Below, one piece after another: positions 47,919 to 56,629 of a stretch of 62,447 nucleotides of DNA; the first letter of the stretch is position 1, and every line of letters starts with the position of its first letter. The stretch is taken from the IMG/VR virus record IMGVR_UViG_3300006919_000053, positions 1 to 62,447 of that record. One strand, 5' to 3'. Origin of the DNA: a virus. Its lineage: Duplodnaviria; Caudoviricetes. Below the pieces are notes generated by a model. The model saw nothing but the letters and a program-made list of their open reading frames with translations, made no database searches and had not been told where the DNA came from. The translations under genes and the position numbers were made by a program.

Positions 47919-48173
47919 ATGACCCAAGAAGAAATGGAAAACATTGCCAATCTCATAGCCGACAAGCTATGGGAGAGGCAAATGGAAATCGAAACAGAAG
48001 CCGAAGAGACTGAAAACAAAATAGGTGAGATGTCTAAGCTGGAAACAATGCTCAGTATATACGAACAAAGTGAGCAATACAAGAAAGCTTACGAGGTCAA
48101 GATGCGTCTTGATAAAATAAAAAGAGAGCTCACCGAAGCTGGAGTATTAAAAGATAATAGTAATCAACTGTAG
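47919..48173 (+). CDS. Hypothetical protein with UVR-like C-terminal helix pair
   Basis: EQYKKAYEVKMRL resembles the UvrB/C motif. Confidence 0.6.
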   Translation: MTQEEMENIANLIADKLWERQMEIETEAEETENKIGEMSKLETMLSIYEQSEQYKKAYEVKMRLDKIKRELTEAGVLKDNSNQL

Positions 48174-48194
48174 TTCATAGTTGTTTTAGTTTGG

Positions 48195-48240
48195 TTGTTT
48201 AGTTCCCCGATGCTGTGATAGTGTCGGGGTAAACTAACAA
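48195..48240. other. Long intergenic hairpin (terminator or RNA structure)
   Basis: CCCCGATGCT-GTGAT-AGTGTCGGGG, extended by TTGTTTAGTT/AAACTAACAA. Confidence 0.6.
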
Positions 48241-48248
48241 AAAAAACC

Positions 48249-48291
48249 TGACAATAGGGTGTTATAATTGTAATATATGGAGCTAATGTCA
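48249..48291. promoter_or_regulatory. 43-bp inverted-repeat site, copy 3, covering the start codon of the HTH gene
   Basis: TGACAATAG-GGTGTTATAATTGTAATATATGGAG-CTAATGTCA; the ATG at 48277 is inside the spacer. Confidence 0.8.
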
Positions 48292-48927
48292 TACCGAAAC
48301 TTAGATTATCTGCATCGAAACAGAATAATCTATAAGAGAATGCCTGTAAGGGATGTCCCTTCAGAGACGTATGATTGGGGCTGGTATTATGAGAACGGAA
48401 CCTCTGAGTTTTACTCGCTGTTCAATACAAAGGTTAGGATTAACTCTTACAAGAGTTTGAAGTGGCATATCATTGTGTTGCGTTACCTTAACATGGACCT
48501 CGAGCCTCAGAAGTTCTATGCACTCTGTGAACATATAATAGACCAGAACAATGGATTTATCACTTTTGGCGTCTCTATTAGCACTCTGCACAATATTCTT
48601 GCAGAGGTATTAGAGATTGAGTTTCACACCCCTCCTAACACAAGAGTTAGGAAGATTATATTTAAAGACGGAATAGGTCTCTCTGCCGTGGACAAGCTAA
48701 AAATAGTTGGTTCTGTTATTGGTAGAAAGAAAAATGCTACAAACTTTGATATTTACGAAAGTATGTTGTATCTTCACCACCAAAGACAAAAAATAACTAT
48801 GCAAAAAATAGCTAGGTATCTCAACGTATCGGAGAGAACCTTATATCGAAACATGGACAATGACCTCAAGGTCGAAAAGAAGATTTTAAATGAAGCATTA
48901 CAACAGGGAGAACTATTCGCGTTATAA
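48277..48927 (+). CDS. DNA-binding protein with C-terminal HTH (candidate replication initiator or regulator)
   Basis: ITMQKIARYLNVSERTLYRNM. Confidence 0.7.
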   Translation: MELMSYRNLDYLHRNRIIYKRMPVRDVPSETYDWGWYYENGTSEFYSLFNTKVRINSYKSLKWHIIVLRYLNMDLEPQKFYALCEHIIDQNNGFITFGVSISTLHNILAEVLEIEFHTPPNTRVRKIIFKDGIGLSAVDKLKIVGSVIGRKKNATNFDIYESMLYLHHQRQKITMQKIARYLNVSERTLYRNMDNDLKVEKKILNEALQQGELFAL

Positions 48928-49651
48928 AAAAGATTTAGATACCTCTACAAGATTAATAGAGGGGAAGTTTTGGGATGAGTATACCAGAGAGGAGCTCATC
49001 ATTAAATTCATGCCGTATGCTGAAGACATAGCTAGAAGCTTTTCAGTGGCAGAAAAAGTCTGCGGTATATTAAGTATCGAAGATTTAATACAGGAGGCAA
49101 ACAAGAGTTTGGTCTTAGCCATTGACCGACTTGACTTTGACTTCATGAACCCTAATGATGATTATGAAAAACAAATCAAAGGGTTTATATCAAAGCGTAT
49201 TAGAGGGGGTGTTAGACGTGCGATTGATGCTAATCGTGGGGACATTAGAATCCCAGAGTACAAACTAACCGAGATACGCAAAGACGACGGCAAGGACAGG
49301 AAGTTGGTGCAGATGTTTTTCAACTCCATCTTTCTATCTATCGATGACAAGATTGACCAGTCAACCGACAAAAGCTTTGAGATAGAAGACAAACCAGATG
49401 GATATAACATTGTGTTACTCAACAAGTACATACTGTCTTTAATGCAGAAGCATTTGAATGATAGAGAGTACGATGTCCTTCGCCTTAGTTTTGGTCTGGA
49501 TTGCGATAAGTTACCCGCAAAACAGATAGCAAAGCTATTGAATATTCAAGGCAGTGCTGATTTTGTTCGGGTCTCTCAGATTAAAAGGGAGGCCTTGGAC
49601 AAGCTCATTGATAGCGTTGAGCCAGAAGACGTATTGGATTTTATAAACTAG
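48890..49651 (+). CDS. Sigma-70-family RNA polymerase sigma factor
   Basis: Region 2: SIEDLIQEAN..LAIDRLDF...RIRGGVRRAI..IRIP; region 4: LNDREYDVLRLSFGLD...IAKLL...RVSQIKREALDKL. Confidence 0.85.
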   Translation: MKHYNRENYSRYKKDLDTSTRLIEGKFWDEYTREELIIKFMPYAEDIARSFSVAEKVCGILSIEDLIQEANKSLVLAIDRLDFDFMNPNDDYEKQIKGFISKRIRGGVRRAIDANRGDIRIPEYKLTEIRKDDGKDRKLVQMFFNSIFLSIDDKIDQSTDKSFEIEDKPDGYNIVLLNKYILSLMQKHLNDREYDVLRLSFGLDCDKLPAKQIAKLLNIQGSADFVRVSQIKREALDKLIDSVEPEDVLDFIN

Positions 49652-49668
49652 AAAAAATTAAATTATAT

Positions 49669-50085
49669 ATGAGCACAACACTAAGTAAAAACGAAATGTT
49701 ACGTGAGCTATTCGTTAAGTATGGTCTTCACAAAGAAGACACGTTCAAGTCTCCACAAGGCTGGACTATTATCACGCGTTCGGGTATTGACAAGATACAA
49801 GCAGAAGCTGACATCGACATTGACTATGAGATGTTAGAACTTACACAAGGTAAGTCTGCTGCGGTAAAGGCTACTGCAACTTGGAATGACCGTAAACTAA
49901 CTACCTTTGGCGAGGCAAACGAGAAGAACTGCCGTCAGTCTTATGTGCTGGCTATGGCAGAAAAACGTGCAATGTCACGTATTGTACTGAAACTCACAGG
50001 GTTCTATGCTCTTGGTGTATTCGGTCAAGATGAGTCTGACGATTTTGTCGATGCTAACAAATACCAACTAAAGAAATCTATCTAA
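49669..50085 (+). CDS. Putative ssDNA-annealing protein (Rad52/Sak-like)
   Basis: AVKATA...TFGEA...AMAEKRAMSR; adjacent to an exonuclease. Confidence 0.55.
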   Translation: MSTTLSKNEMLRELFVKYGLHKEDTFKSPQGWTIITRSGIDKIQAEADIDIDYEMLELTQGKSAAVKATATWNDRKLTTFGEANEKNCRQSYVLAMAEKRAMSRIVLKLTGFYALGVFGQDESDDFVDANKYQLKKSI

Positions 50086-50828
50086 TGACACATGAAGAAA
50101 TTATCGAAAAGCTCAAAGAGGATGAGAACTATTATGGTGACTTTGGCAAGCAGTTCCTTAGCAACTCTGATATTGGCACACTATTTACCAATCCCCTCGA
50201 GTTTCAGAGACAATCTGTCAATAGCGTCAATCTTGTTATTGGTAGTTACTTGCATACTTGCGTCTTGGAACCTCATAAACTCGATTCCTTCAGAATAATT
50301 GACGCCTCTAACCGTAACGTTAAACGCTACAAGGAGGAGTCTGAAGGTGAGATATGCTTATTAAAGCATGAGGCTGACCGTGTCTACCAGATGAGAGATG
50401 CCCTTATGAAGAATACAATCATAAGGGACCTCATCATAGGTTCTCGTAAAGAAACTGAAGTGCTGTATGAGATGCCAGGTATTGCAGAAATCAACGGGCA
50501 CATGTGGAAAGGTAAGGCTGATGTTATCAACAAAGATGAAAGGTTAGTTATAGATCTCAAGTCTACGTCTGACATTGACAACTTTCGTTATTCAGCTAAA
50601 AAATACAACTATGATAGTCAAGCATACATATACAATCAGATATTTGGTGTGCCATTAATTTTCGTAGTAATTGATAAAAAGTCATTAAAAATTAATATCT
50701 TTGAAGTATCAGATGAGACATTACAACGGGGTGAAGAGAAAGTTGAAAAGGCTTGTGGCATCTTCGACTTGTATTACAACACTAATGGATTTAACCCGAA
50801 CGAGTACATCGAGACGAAAATATTATAA
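50085..50828 (+). CDS. PD-(D/E)XK exonuclease (RecE/ExoVIII, DUF3799-like)
   Basis: LSNSDI, GSYLHTCVLEP, KGKADVI, IDLKST, YDSQAYIY. Confidence 0.85.
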   Translation: MTHEEIIEKLKEDENYYGDFGKQFLSNSDIGTLFTNPLEFQRQSVNSVNLVIGSYLHTCVLEPHKLDSFRIIDASNRNVKRYKEESEGEICLLKHEADRVYQMRDALMKNTIIRDLIIGSRKETEVLYEMPGIAEINGHMWKGKADVINKDERLVIDLKSTSDIDNFRYSAKKYNYDSQAYIYNQIFGVPLIFVVIDKKSLKINIFEVSDETLQRGEEKVEKACGIFDLYYNTNGFNPNEYIETKIL

Positions 50829-50829
50829 T

Positions 50830-51174
50830 ATGTATAACTACAAGATAAAAGAAATATTAAAAGTAATTGATGGGGATACTGTTGAGGTCGTAGTAGACCT
50901 TGGATTCTCTATCTATCACAAGACCAGAGTTCGACTTATTGGCATCGATACTCCAGAGATAAGAACAAAAGACCAGGAGGAAAAAGAGCGTGGCATTGAA
51001 GCCATGGACTTTGTTGTTGACTTCTTTAGACAAATGGAGCACGAAGAGAAAGTGCTTTATTCTGAAAAGTTAGATAGCTTTGGTCGTAGTCTTGGTAGAA
51101 TTATTGTAGGCGGAATTGATATAGGAGAAGAACTATTAGAAAGCGGATATGCAAGACCTTATAAAAAAGATTAA
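50830..51174 (+). CDS. Thermonuclease (SNase-like)
   Basis: VIDGDTV, VRLIGIDTPE, DSFGRSLG; probable start MYNYK at 50830. Confidence 0.9.
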   Translation: MYNYKIKEILKVIDGDTVEVVVDLGFSIYHKTRVRLIGIDTPEIRTKDQEEKERGIEAMDFVVDFFRQMEHEEKVLYSEKLDSFGRSLGRIIVGGIDIGEELLESGYARPYKKD

Positions 51175-51376
51175 AAACCCTCAAGAAGATGAGAGCAAGA
51201 TAATAAAAGGCCTTAGAGCTGATTATTATGCAAAGAAAATTAAAATGATGAGAGACATAAATAGAGACATTGAACTTGAGTCTAAGAAGATAAGACAGGA
51301 AATATTCGTATGGGTTGTTCTTGTTGTGTCTTTTAGTGCAATGCTTTATTCAATTTTAAATTTTTTAACTAATTAA
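51149..51376 (+). CDS. Small protein with C-terminal TM helix
   Basis: IFVWVVLVVSFSAMLYSIL. Confidence 0.6.
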   Translation: MQDLIKKIKNPQEDESKIIKGLRADYYAKKIKMMRDINRDIELESKKIRQEIFVWVVLVVSFSAMLYSILNFLTN

Positions 51377-51386
51377 ATTATATACC

Positions 51387-51698
51387 ATGGCTTTAATTTT
51401 AAGTGGCGGTATTTGTCTTACCGATGTTCCAAAAGACAAGATTATCAGTGGTAAAAAGGGTAAGTATGCAAACCTTACCATTACCATTAACGACGAACCA
51501 GACAAGTTCGGTAACAATGCAAGTATTACCATTGCTCAAACAAAAGAGGAAAGGGAGTCTAAAGCTCCGAAGGTTTACTTGGGTAACTGCAAGCTAGTCT
51601 GGACCAACGACGTAATGCCAAAAGTACCACCACGAGATGGTGCTCCTATGCAGAACTCTGCTCCACAAAGTAGTTCTAATGATGATTTGCCGTTCTAA
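51387..51698 (+). CDS. Single-stranded DNA-binding protein
   Basis: OB-like core, flexible linker, acidic C-terminal DDLPF; upstream of primase. Confidence 0.75.
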   Translation: MALILSGGICLTDVPKDKIISGKKGKYANLTITINDEPDKFGNNASITIAQTKEERESKAPKVYLGNCKLVWTNDVMPKVPPRDGAPMQNSAPQSSSNDDLPF

Positions 51699-51783
51699 TG
51701 TTTGACGACAATTACATTAGTATTACAACAGATGAAAACGGAAACGTAACTTCCGTAGAAGATTAACAATTAAATTTTTACCA

Positions 51784-53493
51784 ATGCAAGTTGAGACTTA
51801 CGAGATTAATGGTTTTGAGATAGATGAATTTAACATTCATAAATTAGAAGAAGGCAAGACGCAAGGAATCTGCCCACTATGTTCTCATGACAGAAAACCT
51901 TCAAACAAGAAGCTTAAATGTGCTTCGTATGACTGGAAGCGTGGTCTCGGTACTTGTCACAACTGCAATCAAACCTTTCAGATGCATACCTACAAACGTA
52001 AAGGAGATGCTCAGAAAGAGTATACCAAACCAGAGCCTACTGATGAAATCAACATTAGTCAGAAGGCCGAGGATTGGTTCAGTAGTAGGGGTATATCTTC
52101 ACAGACTCTCTTTGACTTAGGTGTCTCAGAGGGTATGGAGTATATGCCACAGACTGGCAAGGTTGAGAACACAATTCAATTCAACTACTACATTGGTGGT
52201 GAACTTGTTAATATCAAATACAGAGATGGCAGAAAGAACTTCAAACTCTACAAGGGCGCTGAAAAAGTATTCTACAATATTGATGCAACTAATGGTTATG
52301 ACCATGTTTATATCGTTGAGGGAGAGATGGATGTGCTTTCTTTCCATGAAGCTGGAATTAAAAATTGCATTAGTGTCCCTAATGGGGCTACTCTTAACAG
52401 TAATAATCTCGAGTATCTTGACAACTGCATAGATTACTTTGCAGATAAGGAGAAAATAATTATTGCTGTTGACTCTGACGAGGCTGGACAAGCTCTACAA
52501 TCTGAGCTGGTTCGCAGGTTAGGTGCAGAGTTATGCTATACACTAGACTTTAAAGACTGCAAAGATGCGAATGAATACTTACAAAAATACGGACAAGAAG
52601 AGCTGGCGAAGCGTGTACATTCCGCCAAATCAATACCGCTCGAAAACGTACTTACCTATCGAGAGATTGAAGCGGATGTGGAGGACTTTGTCTTCAACGG
52701 TTTCAAGCCTGGTTATCAGATTGGGATTGACAATTTTGACGACATTTTCTCAACCTACACTGGGCAGTTTATTACAGTTACTGGTATTCCTAGTAGTGGT
52801 AAATCTGATTTTGTTGACCAGATGGCTGTTGGCTATAATCTAAATTATGGTTGGAAGACTGCATTTGCATCTCCAGAGAACAAGCCAACATACCTACACG
52901 CCCATAAACTTATTCGTAAGTTTTGGCAAGGTATGCCAGATAAGTCCGATGTAGGTTCTGACAAATGGAATAACATATCGTCTCACATCAACGACAACTT
53001 TTTCTTCATTGAGATGGACAGATACTCTTTAGATTCTGTCTTACGCAAAGGAGCAGAACTTGTAAAGCGCAAAGGTATCAAGTGCCTTGTTATAGACCCT
53101 TATAATAAGGTACGTGATACTGATGCTAAGACTGAGGATGTTAATAAATACACCTTAGAATACTTACAAAAGATTGAAACTTTCTGTAAGAAGTTCGATG
53201 TGTTGGTGATAATAGTAGCCCACCCAACTAAGATGTACAAAAATGCTGAAGGCAAGATTGAAGAACCGACAATGTACAACATAAAAGGCGGTGGTGAGTG
53301 GTATGATGCTTCGTATCATGGCATTCTGGTCCACAGAGATTATGACGCTAAGACTGTGAAAGCCAAGGTGTTAAAGGTTAAGTTTCAGAACCTTGGAGAG
53401 AATGGAGCTGAGGCTCACTTCAAGTGGGAGCCAAAGTCTGGTAGTTTTATACCGATTGAACTTCCAGATGAAAAAGCATTACCTTGGGAATGA
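51784..53493 (+). CDS. Primase-helicase (T7 gp4/Twinkle-like)
   Basis: Zn finger CPLC..CHNC; TOPRIM IVEGEMD, DSDEAG, KDANE; Walker A GIPSSGKS; VIDPY; VAHP. Confidence 0.95.
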   Translation: MQVETYEINGFEIDEFNIHKLEEGKTQGICPLCSHDRKPSNKKLKCASYDWKRGLGTCHNCNQTFQMHTYKRKGDAQKEYTKPEPTDEINISQKAEDWFSSRGISSQTLFDLGVSEGMEYMPQTGKVENTIQFNYYIGGELVNIKYRDGRKNFKLYKGAEKVFYNIDATNGYDHVYIVEGEMDVLSFHEAGIKNCISVPNGATLNSNNLEYLDNCIDYFADKEKIIIAVDSDEAGQALQSELVRRLGAELCYTLDFKDCKDANEYLQKYGQEELAKRVHSAKSIPLENVLTYREIEADVEDFVFNGFKPGYQIGIDNFDDIFSTYTGQFITVTGIPSSGKSDFVDQMAVGYNLNYGWKTAFASPENKPTYLHAHKLIRKFWQGMPDKSDVGSDKWNNISSHINDNFFFIEMDRYSLDSVLRKGAELVKRKGIKCLVIDPYNKVRDTDAKTEDVNKYTLEYLQKIETFCKKFDVLVIIVAHPTKMYKNAEGKIEEPTMYNIKGGGEWYDASYHGILVHRDYDAKTVKAKVLKVKFQNLGENGAEAHFKWEPKSGSFIPIELPDEKALPWE

Positions 53494-53759
53494 GTTGGAG
53501 AAAGAAGTTAGACCCAAACGGAAGACTCGACTGGGGACAGTACGAGATGACTAAAGAAGACCGAGAGGCTATGTATTGGTGTCATGCAAATGGCATTGTA
53601 ATACACGAGGAGATTAAAAAAGATGGACCTTGGCATATCTTTATTAAGAAAGGCAGAAATGTTCATCGCTCTCCAAAGATGTATGGCACAGACGAAGTCA
53701 TTGAAAAAGTATTTGAATTTTATAAATATTATTATAACAAAGAAGTTGGAAGAAAGTAA
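53490..53759 (+). CDS. Hypothetical protein
   Basis: ATGA coupling to the primase stop. Confidence 0.7.
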   Translation: MSWRKKLDPNGRLDWGQYEMTKEDREAMYWCHANGIVIHEEIKKDGPWHIFIKKGRNVHRSPKMYGTDEVIEKVFEFYKYYYNKEVGRK

Positions 53760-53988
53760 AAAAGATATTACCTTTATCGACCCTATCGTTGAGCAAGTAG
53801 CTAGGAAACTGGCTTTGCGCTCTTTGGTAGGATACACAAAATACGGTACGAGTCTTGACAAAAACGACAACCCTTTAGACTACTGGCTTGCAAATCTGCA
53901 AGAAGAACTATTGGATGCCGCTAATTATATTGAAAAGACTCGATCTGTACTAAAACAAATCGATAATGGCAAAACAGAGAAGGAGTAA
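53746..53988 (+). CDS. MazG-like / all-alpha nucleotide pyrophosphatase-like small protein
   Basis: GYTKYGTSL...WLANLQEELLDAANY (EExxD); probable TTG start at 53746. Confidence 0.5.
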   Translation: MEESKKDITFIDPIVEQVARKLALRSLVGYTKYGTSLDKNDNPLDYWLANLQEELLDAANYIEKTRSVLKQIDNGKTEKE

Positions 53989-54415
53989 AAGAGGGCCTGT
54001 ACAGGCTAAAAAAATTAAGTATGATGGTATTAATTTTGCGTCGGGCCTTGAGAGATACATGTACATGGCTCTCAAAAAGGCAAAAATCAAAGCACGATAT
54101 GAAGGTGAATGTTTCACTCTCCTGGAGGGATTTGAGTTCACTTCACCCGCATACGAACGCCAATCAAACGGGAAAGGGGAGTTTGTAAACAGAGGTAATC
54201 GAAAGATACTGCCGATAAAGTATACACCCGATTTCGTTGGCGAAGGCTTTATTATAGAGTGTAAGGGAAGGGCTAACGAGTCTTTCCCTATGCGCTATAA
54301 GTTATTTAAAAAGTATGTAGAGACTAACCTAAAAGGGGTTACGCTCTATAAACCACAAAACCAATCCGAATGCGACAAAGTAGTACAAATGATTCTGGAA
54401 AAAACAAAAGATTAG
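53966..54415 (+). CDS. Endonuclease I-like Holliday junction resolvase
   Basis: FASGLE, YTPDF, IIECKG. Confidence 0.8.
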   Translation: MAKQRRSKRGPVQAKKIKYDGINFASGLERYMYMALKKAKIKARYEGECFTLLEGFEFTSPAYERQSNGKGEFVNRGNRKILPIKYTPDFVGEGFIIECKGRANESFPMRYKLFKKYVETNLKGVTLYKPQNQSECDKVVQMILEKTKD

Positions 54416-54540
54416 CCAGAGCGCAATACACTAAAAGACAGATAGATAAGTTTATCAAATGGTCTTTGAAACAAAAAGGTTGTTTAAGATATAAAGATTT
54501 ATTATCTTTGTATGAGCAATACGATATTAAAGTATATTAA
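54370..54540 (+). CDS. Small hypothetical protein, 56 aa
   Basis: Hand-translated ORF filling the gap (..KRLARAQYTKRQIDKFIKWSL..). Confidence 0.45.
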   Translation: MRQSSTNDSGKNKRLARAQYTKRQIDKFIKWSLKQKGCLRYKDLLSLYEQYDIKVY

Positions 54541-54675
54541 ATGAAAAATTGGGAATTATCATTAGGCTTCTATCACGGAATATTATTCGGTGTTAGAACC
54601 TATTATTCAGAAAACTACACGACATACGTGTTTTATTTACCGTTTATCGATGTAGCGTTAAATATAGACAATTAA
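54541..54675 (+). CDS. Small hypothetical protein, 44 aa
   Basis: MKNWELSLGFYHGILFGVRTY...YLPFIDV; abuts the upstream stop. Confidence 0.55.
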   Translation: MKNWELSLGFYHGILFGVRTYYSENYTTYVFYLPFIDVALNIDN

Positions 54676-54693
54676 CCCTTAAAACGTTAACAA

Positions 54694-54960
54694 ATGGGAA
54701 AAGTTTCAGACAAAGTATCGGAGTTTAAAGCTTGGTACAAATCAAAAACAATTATTGGATTAGTAATTTCTTCTGTCTCTGGAGTTGTGTATGCACTAAC
54801 TAACGGAAGTGTAGACGTGGCTGGAGCGGTAGATACTGCTATGACAGGAGCCGATGAATTAGCTACTGGAGCAGACGAGGTTGTCTCGACTGTTATGTTC
54901 TTTGTAGGACAAGCTGTGGCTGTTTACGGACGATTAAAAGCGAAAGTTGGCTTGAAATAA
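54694..54960 (+). CDS. Small two-TM membrane protein (holin-like)
   Basis: KAWYKSKTIIG...AVYGRLKA. Confidence 0.6.
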   Translation: MGKVSDKVSEFKAWYKSKTIIGLVISSVSGVVYALTNGSVDVAGAVDTAMTGADELATGADEVVSTVMFFVGQAVAVYGRLKAKVGLK

Positions 54961-54981
54961 GCTGATTATCAATTAATTAAC

Positions 54982-55013
54982 ACCCGTGTAGCTTCGGTTG
55001 CACGGGTATTTTT
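54982..55013 (+). terminator. Rho-independent terminator
   Basis: ACCCGTGTAGC-TTCG-GTTGCACGGGT followed by ATTTTT. Confidence 0.8.
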
Positions 55014-55028
55014 ATCTAAACATATTAT

Positions 55029-55997
55029 ATGGGATTATTTGACAAAAGGATACCTTACAAACCATTCGAGTATCCAGATTATTATACAGAAGGATGGTTA
55101 AAGCAAGCACAGGCATTTTGGCTTCACACAGAAATCCCAATGTCTGGAGATGTTAAGGACTGGAACGAGAAGCTGACAGATGCTGAAAAGAACTTAGTAG
55201 GTAACATCCTACTTGGTTTTGCTCAAACTGAGTGCGCAGTTTCTGATTACTGGACGCAAAAAGTTGTGTCTTGGTTCCCAAAACATGAAATACAACAGAT
55301 GGCAATGATGTTCGGTTCTCAAGAGACTATTCATGCGGTAGCTTATAGTTATCTTAATGAAACTCTTGGACTTGAGGACTTTGATGCTTTCTTACACGAA
55401 CCAGCTACTGCGGATAGATTCGACAATCTTGTAAGTTACGAGGGCAATGACCCAGTAGGTATTGCAAGGTCGTTGGCTTTGTTTTCAGCCTTTGCTGAGG
55501 GTGTATCATTGTATTCTGCTTTTGCAGTGCTTTATTCGTTTCAGCTCCGTAACTTACTCAAAGGCATCGGACAACAGATGAAATGGAGTGTTAGAGATGA
55601 GTCTTTACATTCTAAGATGGGTTGTCAGTTGTTTAGACACATGTGTGAAGAAATGCCTGAATTAAAAAACCAGGTGAAGCAAGATGTTTTGGATGCGGCA
55701 TCTATCATGCTTGACTTAGAAGAACGATACATCGATAAGATGTTCGAGCAAGGTGACATTGAGAACCTTAAAGCAGAAGATTTAAAGAACTTTATTAGAA
55801 AACGTATCAATGAGAAGATTGCAGAACTTGGTTATGCGGACCATAGTAATCAGTTTGCTTATGACAGCGCTAGCGCTTCTAATCTTGAATGGTTCTACCA
55901 CTTAACTGGTGGAGTAACTCATACAGATTTTTTCGCTATTCGCCCAACAGACTACTCAAAAGCAAATGAGAAAGAGGATTTCGAAGATATATGGTAA
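55029..55997 (+). CDS. nrdB: Ribonucleotide reductase class I beta subunit
   Basis: FWLHTEI, ETIHAVAY, EGVSLYSAF, RDESLH, HTDFF. Confidence 0.95.
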   Translation: MGLFDKRIPYKPFEYPDYYTEGWLKQAQAFWLHTEIPMSGDVKDWNEKLTDAEKNLVGNILLGFAQTECAVSDYWTQKVVSWFPKHEIQQMAMMFGSQETIHAVAYSYLNETLGLEDFDAFLHEPATADRFDNLVSYEGNDPVGIARSLALFSAFAEGVSLYSAFAVLYSFQLRNLLKGIGQQMKWSVRDESLHSKMGCQLFRHMCEEMPELKNQVKQDVLDAASIMLDLEERYIDKMFEQGDIENLKAEDLKNFIRKRINEKIAELGYADHSNQFAYDSASASNLEWFYHLTGGVTHTDFFAIRPTDYSKANEKEDFEDIW

Positions 55998-56629
55998 AAG
56001 CAAATTCAGTTAAATTATTAGGACACTACGGCAGTGACGAGGTCATTGCTTGTAGTGCTTGGACATCTACGTCGAGAGAGCTTACCGACGAAAAAAGAGC
56101 ACGTATACCTAAGCTTATTAATACCCTTTGGAGAGATGGCCATGAGACGCCATTTGAAAAGGGTATCGTGCACTTTCTGGTGGATTGTGATATAGCTAGT
56201 CACATACACTTATTAAAGCACCGCATATCGTCTCTAAATGCAGAGTCGGCTAGATACAAAGAACTTAAAGAAGATAAGGTCTATGTACCTGTTGACTTTC
56301 CCGACAAGTGGAAGCGTAAATTGTTTTTGCATACGCAAACTTCAGACTCGCTATACCACGAATGTTTGGCTGACATACAAGAGGAGCTTGGAAGAAAAAG
56401 AGCAAAAGAGGCTGCAAGGTTTTTTAAGACCTACAACTCTCAAATACAAGCAGATGTATCTTTCAACATGAGAAGTTTTCACAACTTCTTAGCGCTTAGA
56501 AATAGCGAACACGCTCAACTTGAGATAAGGGATATTGCACAACAGATGTTAGAGCTGGTGCAGAACATTGAAGGAAACCCATTCGAGCACACGTTGCTTG
56601 CTTGGTATAGAAAACAAAAAGGATTATGA
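55991..56629 (+). CDS. thyX: FAD-dependent thymidylate synthase
   Basis: GHETPFE, KHRISSLNAESARY, NMRSFHNFLALR..HAQLEIR. Confidence 0.92.
   Translation: MVKANSVKLLGHYGSDEVIACSAWTSTSRELTDEKRARIPKLINTLWRDGHETPFEKGIVHFLVDCDIASHIHLLKHRISSLNAESARYKELKEDKVYVPVDFPDKWKRKLFLHTQTSDSLYHECLADIQEELGRKRAKEAARFFKTYNSQIQADVSFNMRSFHNFLALRNSEHAQLEIRDIAQQMLELVQNIEGNPFEHTLLAWYRKQKGL

Noticed and set aside
48248-48268. E. coli-type promoter CTGACA...TATAAT
   Set aside because: The spacer is only about 9 nt; the TGACA belongs to the 43-bp inverted-repeat arm
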